Shown in pieces: positions 57,106 through 64,000 of a DNA stretch of 64,000 nt. The notes under the pieces are model-generated. The model ran no database searches, was not told the DNA's origin, and worked only from the letters and a program-made list of their open reading frames with translations. Both the position numbers and the translations under genes were made by a program. Every line of letters starts with the position of its first letter. Positions within the stretch are counted from its first letter, which is position 1. The stretch comes from Gemmatimonadales bacterium (GTDB taxonomy: Bacteria; Gemmatimonadota; Gemmatimonadetes; Gemmatimonadales; GWC2-71-9): the NCBI GenBank assembly GCA_036262935.1, contig DATAHW010000083.1, positions 9,703 through 73,702 of the forward strand, given 5' to 3'.

Positions 57106-57159
57106 CCTGAGCCGGGCGACGCGCCGGGTCGGCGGCGCCCGGCGGCGCCCGGGCGCGAC

Positions 57160-57375
57160 CTACGCATCCAAATCCTGCAGGTGCAGTTCCCCGTCGGCCT
57201 CCGCCAGCACGGTCTGCACTGTCAGGTCGGCCGCGGCCAGCCGCTCGCGCGCGGCGCGGAGCCGGGCCACGCCCTCCTCGAACAGGGCGAGAGCGGCGTC
57301 GAGCTCCACGTCGTCAGCCTCCAGCCGGCGGACGATCTCCTCGAGCCGGGCAAGCTCATCGGCGATGCTGCTCAT
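57160..57375 (-). CDS. xseB: exodeoxyribonuclease VII small subunit
   Basis: 71 aa. LARLEEIVRRLE...LALFEEGVARLR. Confidence 0.9.
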   Translation of the reverse strand: MSSIADELARLEEIVRRLEADDVELDAALALFEEGVARLRAARERLAAADLTVQTVLAEADGELHLQDLDA

Positions 57376-58529
57376 CGGGGCTCCACGCGCGCGGCGATGC
57401 TGCCATCGGCCACCCGCAGGGTGAAGGGCATGTCGGAGGCGAACTCCGCCCGGCGCTTGAGGACGTGGCCGTCGGCGCCCATCGGCACGGCGTACCCGCG
57501 CTGGAGCACCCGGAGCGGGCTCAAGGCGTCGAGCTGTGCCGCGAGCCGGACGAGCTGCTGGCGCCGGGCTTCGAGCAGCGCGGCCATGGCGCCCTGCAGC
57601 CGGTCGCCGGCGCGCTCGAGCCGCTCGGTCGCGAGGCTGGTCCGTGCGCCGAGGGCGTTGGCCAGGCGCGCGGCGAGATCATCCACCTGCCGGCGCACCT
57701 CGCGGTGGTCGGCCAGCGCGAGCTCGGCCGCGGCGGACGGCGTGGGGGCGCGCACGTCGGCGACGAGGTCGGTGAGCGAGATGTCGGTCTCGTGCCCCAC
57801 GGCCGAGATGGTCGGCACCCGCACGGCGGCGAGCGCGCGGCAGACCGCCTCGGCGTTGAAGGCGGCCAGGTCCTCGCGTCCGCCCCCTCCGCGGCCGATG
57901 ATGCAGAGATCCACGTCGGGCAGCCGGTTGACCAGCACCAGCGCCCGGACGATCGCGTCGACGGCCCCATCGCCCTGGACCCGGGCGTCGATCACCAGCA
58001 GCCGGGCGCACGGCCAGCGGCGCCGGGCCACGGTGATGATATCGCGTAGCGCCGCGCCGGCGGTACTGGTGACGATGGCGAGGGTGGCCGCGAACCCGGG
58101 GATCGGGCGCTTGCGGTCGAGATCGAACAGCCCGTCGCGGTGGAGCAGCGCCTTCACCCGCTCGAGCTCCTGCTGCGCCTGGCCGATGGCCGCGGTCGGG
58201 ATCAGGCGGCTCACGTTGAGCTGGAACTCGCCCTTGGCCTCGTAGATGGCCGGCTTCCCGAGCACGAACACCTCGGTGCCGTCGGCGGGCGGCCTACCGG
58301 CGCGCGCGGCGTCGCGCTTCCACATGCAGCAGCGCACCTGGCTGGCCGCGTCGCGGAGGCTGAAGTACCAATGGCCGCTGGGCCATGCCTTGCAGGCTAC
58401 GACCTCGCCGCGCACCCAGAGCGGCATGAACTCGCCCTCGACCACCCGCTTGGCGGCGGCCGTGAGCCGGCTGACGGACCATACGTCGTCGGTCGGGGCG
58501 ATCAGGGGGTTCGCGAGAGACAGCGTCAT
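57372..58529 (-). CDS. xseA: exodeoxyribonuclease VII large subunit
   Basis: 385 aa. OB-fold N-terminus LWVRGEV..C...SGHWYFSLRD and IIGRGGGGREDL. Confidence 0.93.
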   Translation of the reverse strand: MTLSLANPLIAPTDDVWSVSRLTAAAKRVVEGEFMPLWVRGEVVACKAWPSGHWYFSLRDAASQVRCCMWKRDAARAGRPPADGTEVFVLGKPAIYEAKGEFQLNVSRLIPTAAIGQAQQELERVKALLHRDGLFDLDRKRPIPGFAATLAIVTSTAGAALRDIITVARRRWPCARLLVIDARVQGDGAVDAIVRALVLVNRLPDVDLCIIGRGGGGREDLAAFNAEAVCRALAAVRVPTISAVGHETDISLTDLVADVRAPTPSAAAELALADHREVRRQVDDLAARLANALGARTSLATERLERAGDRLQGAMAALLEARRQQLVRLAAQLDALSPLRVLQRGYAVPMGADGHVLKRRAEFASDMPFTLRVADGSIAARVEPR

Positions 58530-58556
58530 GGTGCGATGGAAGAGGTCATGGCTGGA

Positions 58557-58706
58557 TTCACCACAGAGACACAGAGGACACGGAGGGCCCTCCGTACTGG
58601 GAGGGCCTCGGGGAGCGGAGCCACCACCAAGTTGTCGGTGGTGTCCGGGTCCAAGGAGCCACCCCGGTCTGGCAACCCTCCGTGCCCTCTGTGCCTCTGT
58701 GGTGAA
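58557..58706. repeat. MITE-like element with 31-nt terminal inverted repeats
   Basis: TTCACCACAGAGACACAGAGGACACGGAGGG (58557..58587) is the reverse complement, with 2 mismatches, of CCCTCCGTGCCCTCTGTGCCTCTGTGGTGAA (58676..58706). Internal hairpins (GGAGGGCCCTCC; CACCACC..GGTGGTG). Sits in the xseA-folD spacer and ends 3 nt before the folD stop. Confidence 0.75.
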
Positions 58707-58709
58707 GCA

Positions 58710-59597
58710 TCACCGTCCGCCGGCCTGCTCGAATGCCTGGAGCGTATTCCGGAGCAGCATCGCGATCGTCATCCGGCCGACGCCGCCCGGCACCGGCGTG
58801 ATGGCCCCGGCCACCTCCGACACCGGCCCGTACGCCACGTCGCCCACGATCCGGTAGCCCTTGGGCTGGGATGCGTCGTCCACTCGATTGATCCCGACGT
58901 CGATGACCGTGGCCCCCGCCCGAACCATGTCGGCGGTAACGAACTCCGGCCGGCCGATCGCCACGATCAGGATGTCGGCCGTGCGGCAGATGCCCGGCAG
59001 GTCGCGCGACTTGGAGTGACAGATGGTCACGGTCGCGTCCCCCCCTTGGCCCTGCTGGATGAGCAGGCTCGCCATCGGCTTGCCGACGATGTTCGAGCGG
59101 CCCAGGATCACCGCGTTGGCGCCCCGGGTCTCGATGCCCGAACGGATGAGCATCTGCTGCACGCCGAACGGCGTGGCCGGCTTGAGCGCGGTCGGGTCGC
59201 CGATGCTCAGCTTGCCGACGTTGACCGGGTGGAACCCGTCCACGTCCTTGGCCGGGTCGACGGCATTGAGCACGCGCTCGCCGTTGATGTGCTTCGGCAG
59301 GGGGAGCTGGACCAGGAAGCCGTCGATGCGCGGATCCCGGTTGAGCCGTTCGACCGTGGCCAGCAGCTCCGCTTCGGTGACCGCCTCAGGCAGCCGCACG
59401 GTCTCCGAGTGCATGCCGGCCTCCTCGCAGGCCTTTCCCTTGGCCCGGACGTACACTTGGCTGGCGGGGTTCTCGCCGACGATCACCACCGCGAGCCCCG
59501 GCGCGCGGCCGCCGGCCCGGTGCCGCTTCACCTCCGCCCCCACTTCCGCGCGGATGGCGTCCGCGAGGGGCACGCCATCGAGAATCCGTGCGCTCAT
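58710..59597 (-). CDS. folD: bifunctional methylenetetrahydrofolate dehydrogenase/cyclohydrolase
   Basis: Last 295 codons of track ORF 58710..60908, from ATG 59597 (ATGA overlap with the rny stop). VQLPLPKHI, DVDGFHP and PVPGGVGRMT. Confidence 0.95.
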   Translation of the reverse strand: MSARILDGVPLADAIRAEVGAEVKRHRAGGRAPGLAVVIVGENPASQVYVRAKGKACEEAGMHSETVRLPEAVTEAELLATVERLNRDPRIDGFLVQLPLPKHINGERVLNAVDPAKDVDGFHPVNVGKLSIGDPTALKPATPFGVQQMLIRSGIETRGANAVILGRSNIVGKPMASLLIQQGQGGDATVTICHSKSRDLPGICRTADILIVAIGRPEFVTADMVRAGATVIDVGINRVDDASQPKGYRIVGDVAYGPVSEVAGAITPVPGGVGRMTIAMLLRNTLQAFEQAGGR

Positions 59598-61174
59598 CGT
59601 GCGTAATCCACGGCTCGGGTCTCCCGGATGACGACCACCTTGATCTGTCCCGGGTACTGCAGCTCGTTCTCGATCTTGCGGGCGATGCTTTCCGAGAGCT
59701 GCGCGGCCGCGCCATCGTCGATCCGCTCGGGCGTCACCACCACGCGCACCTCGCGTCCGGCCTGGATCACGTTGCTCTTCTCCACGCCCGGGAACGCGTT
59801 GGCGATCTCCTCGAGGCGGGTGAGCCGCTTCACGTAGGTCTCGAACGCCTCGCGCCGGGCACCCGGCCGGGCGCCGCTGATGGCGTCGGCGGCCTGCACC
59901 AGCACCGACTCCGCGCTCTCGTGGGGCACGTCGTCGTGATGGGCCTGGATGCAGTTGATCACGGGGCCGCTCTCGCCGTAGCGGCGCGCCACTTCGACGC
60001 CCAGTTCCACGTGCGTCCCCTCGTTGTCGTGCGTCAGGACCTTGCCGACATCGTGCAGCAGTCCGCCCCGCTTGGCGAGCGCCACGTCCAGGTGCAGCTC
60101 CGCCGCCATCATCCCCGCCAGCCAGGACACTTCCTTCGAGTGGTCGTAGATGTTCTGGCCGTAGGAGGTACGATAGCGCATGCGGCCGATCAGCTTGACC
60201 AGCTCGGGGTGGATGCCGTGGATGCCGGTGTCGTAGGCCGCCTGCTCGCCCAGTTCGACGAGCTGGGTCTCGAGCTCCTTCTGCACCTTGAGCACGATCT
60301 CCTCGATCCGGCCCGGATGGATCCGTCCGTCCTGGATCAGCGCCTCGAGCGAGCGCCGCGCCACCTCGCGGCGAATGGGATCGAAGCAGCTCACGCTCAC
60401 GGTGTCGGGCGTGTCGTCGATGATCACGTCGACGCCGGTGGCCGTCTCGAACGCCCGGATGTTCCGCCCCTCGCGGCCGATGATCCTGCCCTTCATCTCC
60501 TCGCTCGGGAGCGCCACCGCGGCCACGGTGCTCTCCGCCGTGTGCTCGGCGGCGATCCGCTGAATGGCCATGGAGATGATCCGCCGCGCGTCCCGGTCCG
60601 CGCCCCGCTTGGCCTGCTCCCGGATGTCGCGCGCCAGCGCCTGGGCCTGGGTGCGCGCTTCGTCTTCCACGCGCTGGAGGATCTCGCGCCGCGCGTCCTC
60701 CGCGCTCAGGCCCGCGATCCGCTCCAGCTTGACCCGCTGCGCCTCCGCCAGCCGGTCGGCCTCGCCCTCGCGGCCCCGGAGGGCCTGCTCGTGCTGGGCG
60801 AGGGTCTCTTCGCGCTTGGCCAGTCCCCGGTCGCGCGCCTCGAGCTCCTCGAGCTTCCGCTCCTGCACCCGGGCCCGCTCGTCGGCCCGGCGCTCGAGCC
60901 GATCCCACTCCTCACGCCGCCGCTGCACCTCCCGGTCGAGATCCTCGCGCTGCTTGAGCGCCTCCATCCGGGCCGCCACCAGCACCTCCGCCCGGGCCGC
61001 CTCCCCCTCCCGCACGGCCTCCGCTCGGAGGCGCTGGGCCTCCGCGCGAGCGCCGCCGAGGATTCCCGTCGCGGCCTGGCGCTGGCGGCGGGCGCTCACG
61101 GCGACGGTGACGAGCGCCACCACGAGGCCGGCCGCCACGCCCACCAGCGCGGGCAGGAGGAGGGACTGGGACAT
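59594..61174 (-). CDS. rny: ribonuclease Y
   Basis: 526 aa. N-terminal TM helix, charged coiled coil, KH domain (GRIIGREGRNIRAFE) and HD domain (LLHDVGK). Confidence 0.95.
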   Translation of the reverse strand: MSQSLLLPALVGVAAGLVVALVTVAVSARRQRQAATGILGGARAEAQRLRAEAVREGEAARAEVLVAARMEALKQREDLDREVQRRREEWDRLERRADERARVQERKLEELEARDRGLAKREETLAQHEQALRGREGEADRLAEAQRVKLERIAGLSAEDARREILQRVEDEARTQAQALARDIREQAKRGADRDARRIISMAIQRIAAEHTAESTVAAVALPSEEMKGRIIGREGRNIRAFETATGVDVIIDDTPDTVSVSCFDPIRREVARRSLEALIQDGRIHPGRIEEIVLKVQKELETQLVELGEQAAYDTGIHGIHPELVKLIGRMRYRTSYGQNIYDHSKEVSWLAGMMAAELHLDVALAKRGGLLHDVGKVLTHDNEGTHVELGVEVARRYGESGPVINCIQAHHDDVPHESAESVLVQAADAISGARPGARREAFETYVKRLTRLEEIANAFPGVEKSNVIQAGREVRVVVTPERIDDGAAAQLSESIARKIENELQYPGQIKVVVIRETRAVDYAR

Positions 61175-61186
61175 CGGCGATCTCCG

Positions 61187-61498
61187 CTACGAGGCGGCGG
61201 CCCGACCGCCGCGCTTGGACGGGGGCAGCATGCGGGCGAGCTCGTCGGCCAGCCGGGTGAGCCGGATGGCCGTCTGGCGATCGCCCCGGCGCGCCTGGAA
61301 CAGCTCGTCGGTGATGGCGAGCGCGGCCAGGATCGCCGCCTTGTGGGTCTCCACCATCGGGAGCGAATCACGCACCCGCTTCAGCTCCTTGTCGAGGTAC
61401 GCGGCCACCTCGCGCGTGTACTCGGCCGGCAGCTCGGAGCGGACGGTGTACTCCTCGCCGCCGATGGTCACCTTCACGGCGCTCTTCGACTGGTTCAT
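61187..61498 (-). CDS. zapA: cell division protein ZapA
   Basis: Last 103 codons of track ORF 61187..61819, from ATG 61498 (ATGA overlap). VKVTIGGEEYTVRS...AILAALAITDEL. Confidence 0.85.
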   Translation of the reverse strand: MNQSKSAVKVTIGGEEYTVRSELPAEYTREVAAYLDKELKRVRDSLPMVETHKAAILAALAITDELFQARRGDRQTAIRLTRLADELARMLPPSKRGGRAAAS

Positions 61499-61812
61499 GC
61501 GGCGGTGCCTCCCCCGTGCTGCTCCAGGAACGAGAGCCGGGCCGCGAGCACCCGGAGGCGTTCCTTGGCGGCGTCGATGCGCTGGCGCAGCGACTGGTTC
61601 TCGGTTTCCAGCTCGATCACCCGCTGGCGCGACTCCTTCAGCTCGGCCCCCGCGACCACACCGCCGCTCGCCTGGGCCTCCTTCAATTCCGCCTCCGCCT
61701 TGAGCGTCCGGCGCCGCCAGGCCGCCAGCTCCTCCGCCATGCCTTCCAGCACCCGCTCCAGATCGGCCAGCGCCGCCAGATCGGGACGCTCGTAGGTCTG
61801 TGCCACGATCAC
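61495..61812 (-). CDS. coiled-coil protein (ZapB-like position and composition)
   Basis: 105 aa. Heptad-rich LKAEAELKEA...VIELETENQSLRQRIDAAKERL. 4-nt overlaps on both sides. Confidence 0.7.
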   Translation of the reverse strand: MIVAQTYERPDLAALADLERVLEGMAEELAAWRRRTLKAEAELKEAQASGGVVAGAELKESRQRVIELETENQSLRQRIDAAKERLRVLAARLSFLEQHGGGTAA

Positions 61813-64000
61813 CCTCCATCGCGGGACGCCGCGTCCCGCCGCTGGATCCCGAGCTCCTCCGCCACCGTGGCCAGGAGCCGCGACTCCGCCTCGTCTACTT
61901 CGCTGTCGCGCAGTGTCCGGTCCGGGGCACGAAAGGTGAGCCGGAAGGCCACGCTCCGCGTGCCGGCCGGCAGCTCCGCGCCGCGGTAATCGCTTTCCAC
62001 GTCCACCCGCTCGAGCAGCGCGCCGGCCGCCCGGCGGAGCACAGTCTCCACCTGCCGCGCGCGCACCCCCTCGGGCAGGAGGAGCGCGAGCACGCGCTCG
62101 GACGACGGTGTCGTGGGCAGCGGCGTGAAGGGAGCGGGGCGGCGGGGCGCCGGTTCGACGAGCAGCTCGAAGCCGAAGAGCGGCGCCGCCCAGGGCGGCG
62201 CGTCGGCGGAGAGCGGGCCGCCCTGGCCGACGACGCGCCCCTCGGCATCCCGGACGACCAGCGCCTGCCCTTCAACCTGCACTTCGGCCTCGGGAATCGC
62301 CAGAGCGACGGCGGCCTCGAGTCGGCCCTTGAGGTCCCAGATGTCGAATCGCGCCTCGCCGGTGCCCGACCAGTGCGCCGGCTCCCGCCGGCCGGTGAGT
62401 ACCGCAGCCACCCGGATCTCCTCCGCCGGCCGGCGGCCGGGGCCGGCATCGGTGAAGACGGTGCCGATCTCGAACAGCCGCACGTCGGCCACGTGATTGG
62501 CCCAGTTGGCTTCGACCAGCCGGACCAGCCCGGGAATGAGCCGGCGGCGGAGCCAGGCCTCGTCGGTGGCGAGCGGGTTGAGCAGCCGGACGCTGTCGGC
62601 GGCGTGATCGGCGCCGAGCGGGAGGCTCACGACCTCGTAGAAGCCCTCGGCCGCCAGCGTCCGACGGAGACTCGCGGCGATCGCTTCCTCCGGGGCGTCG
62701 GCCAGGGTGCCGAGCCGGAACGGGCGGAGTTCGGCGGGAAAGCTGTCGTACCCGTGCAGGCGCGCGACCTCCTCGATGAGATCGATTTCGCGTTGCAGGT
62801 CGGGCCGCCAGCCGGGGACATCCACCGCGATGCGCCCGTCCTCCGGCTTGCTCACGACCGTGGCCCCGATGGCCACGAGGTGACGCTCCAGCTCGTGCCA
62901 CGGCAGCTCCACGCCGAGGAGCCGGGCCACGCGCGCCGGCCGGAGGAAGATGCGCGGCGGGTGCGTCGGCGCCGGCCAGAGATCCAGCGGCGGCTCGGCC
63001 AGCTCGCCGCCCGCGGTGGCGAGTACCAGCTCGATGCAGCGGCGCATCGCGGCGTCGCCGCCCCAGAGGTCGATCCCGCGCTCGAAGCGGTGACTCGCCT
63101 CGGTGCTCAGGTTGAGCGCGCGTCGGGCCCGCCGGGTGCGGCCGGGATCCCACCAGGCGGCTTCGAGCAGGATGTCCCGGCTCGCGTCACTCACCTCCGT
63201 GCCGGCGCCGCCCATCACGCCCGCGAGTCCGATCACACCCTCGGCGTCGGCGATCGCCACCATGTCGGGCGTGAGCGGGCGGTCAACGCCATCCAGGGTG
63301 ATGAGCCGCTCGCCCGCGCGCGCGCGGCGCACCACCAGGCTCCCGCCTCGGAGCAGCGCGAGGTCGTAGGCGTGCATCGGCTGGTTGAGCTCGAACATGA
63401 CGTAGTTGGTGGCGTCCACCACGTTATTGATCGAGCGCACGCCCACCGACTCGAGCCGCCGCCGGAGCCAATCGGGGGAGGGACCCACCCTGGCGCCGCG
63501 GATCACGGCGGCATGGAACCGGGGACAGGACTGCGCGTCCTCGATGGTGACGCGGAGGCGCCCCACGGATCCTTCCGCGCCCTCCCGGCGGGCGTGGGGC
63601 ACGTCGATGCCCGCCGCGCCCGGGATCTGCGGCAGGCGGAACGGCGTGCCGTAGGACGCGGAGAGCTCGCGCGCCATGCCCTTATGGCCGAGGAGGTCGG
63701 GACGGTTGGGCGTGACATCCACCACGAGCCGATAGTCGGCCAGCGGGAGTGCCGCGGGAAGCGGCGTGCCCGGGGCGGCGTCCGTGTCGAGCTCGAGAAT
63801 CCCGTCGTGCTCCTGGCCAAGACCCAGCTCGCGCGCGGAGCACAACATGCCCTCGGACACCTCGCCCCGGAGCCTGGCCTTCTCGAGCTTCATCGGGACG
63901 CCGCCCTTTCCGTGCGGCACGGTCGCGCCCACGCGGGCGAATGGGTACTTCTTTCCCGCCGTCACGTTGGGCGCGCCGCACACCACGGCCAGGCGGCGCT
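61809..64000 (-). CDS. pheT: phenylalanine--tRNA ligase beta subunit (N-terminus beyond right edge of window)
   Basis: The track ORF starts at an internal GTG (63986), but the frame stays open to 64000 (..RRLAVVCGAPNV, within the tRNA-binding domain). B3/4, B5 and anticodon-binding (FDX-ACB) regions are present. Confidence 0.94.
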   Translation of the reverse strand, partial: RRLAVVCGAPNVTAGKKYPFARVGATVPHGKGGVPMKLEKARLRGEVSEGMLCSARELGLGQEHDGILELDTDAAPGTPLPAALPLADYRLVVDVTPNRPDLLGHKGMARELSASYGTPFRLPQIPGAAGIDVPHARREGAEGSVGRLRVTIEDAQSCPRFHAAVIRGARVGPSPDWLRRRLESVGVRSINNVVDATNYVMFELNQPMHAYDLALLRGGSLVVRRARAGERLITLDGVDRPLTPDMVAIADAEGVIGLAGVMGGAGTEVSDASRDILLEAAWWDPGRTRRARRALNLSTEASHRFERGIDLWGGDAAMRRCIELVLATAGGELAEPPLDLWPAPTHPPRIFLRPARVARLLGVELPWHELERHLVAIGATVVSKPEDGRIAVDVPGWRPDLQREIDLIEEVARLHGYDSFPAELRPFRLGTLADAPEEAIAASLRRTLAAEGFYEVVSLPLGADHAADSVRLLNPLATDEAWLRRRLIPGLVRLVEANWANHVADVRLFEIGTVFTDAGPGRRPAEEIRVAAVLTGRREPAHWSGTGEARFDIWDLKGRLEAAVALAIPEAEVQVEGQALVVRDAEGRVVGQGGPLSADAPPWAAPLFGFELLVEPAPRRPAPFTPLPTTPSSERVLALLLPEGVRARQVETVLRRAAGALLERVDVESDYRGAELPAGTRSVAFRLTFRAPDRTLRDSEVDEAESRLLATVAEELGIQRRDAASRDGG

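Noticed and set aside
57121-57156. GC palindromes in the xseB-ispA spacer (GCGCCCGGGCGC and repeated GGCGGCGCCC) as a distinct repeat element.
   Set aside because: - They are short, low-complexity GC palindromes of the kind expected by chance in this composition.
- There is no periodic unit structure like that of the octamer and heptamer elements.
- It may still be a simple stem-loop.
61175-61186. A 6S RNA (ssrS) downstream of zapA, as in E. coli.
   Set aside because: Only 12 nt separate zapA from rny, so there is no room for an RNA gene.

Overview
This is a very GC-rich bacterial chromosomal segment: third codon positions are almost always G/C, and every real gene is shadowed by long Arg/Gly/Pro-rich antisense ORFs. 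I support about 95 features, roughly 85% of them on the minus strand.

**1-17 kb (core operons, minus strand, written in transcription order):**
- rpsB-tsf-pyrH-frr-uppS-cdsA-dxr
- rplM-rpsI
- acyl-CoA carboxyltransferase - secreted hypothetical - accC - RumA-like RNA methyltransferase - biotin carrier protein
- tyrA-aroA-cmk-rpsA

**17-47 kb (accessory-looking block):**
- A pilin-like gene pair, PPK2 and GlgX.
- Three DinB-family and four GNAT genes.
- More than ten small membrane proteins or lipoproteins.
- OsmC, an MBL hydrolase, YciI, YbjQ, GlcG, MOSC, DUF488, EthD, Mug, a VOC-flavin reductase fusion, a SUKH-like protein, CspA and an orphan receiver domain.

**47-64 kb (core again):**
- tRNA-Leu(UAA), galK, an outer-membrane-like protein and a LuxR regulator.
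- xseA-xseB-ispA-dxs-nadK-recN.
- pheT-coiled coil-zapA-rny-folD.

**Not found:** rRNA, CRISPR array, transposase, integrase, phage genes, or any recognisable defence or biosynthetic cluster. I cannot point to a convincing novel multi-gene system.

**Most unusual things actually visible:**
- A family of intergenic hairpins built from tandem 8-nt (CGGTCNNN / TGACCGNN) or 7-nt (CGTGAGT) units.
- A 150-nt MITE-like element with 31-nt terminal inverted repeats.
- A textbook intrinsic terminator with no upstream gene in the csp leader.
- Two genes whose N-terminal domains have no canonical start codon.
- Several odd fusions and small-gene clusters.

The taxon cannot be established from the sequence alone. 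RNase Y, ZapA, lipoproteins and an OMP point to a high-GC diderm.

The ORF track takes the most upstream ATG/GTG/TTG, so many starts were re-set manually. Start positions are the least certain part of the calls.
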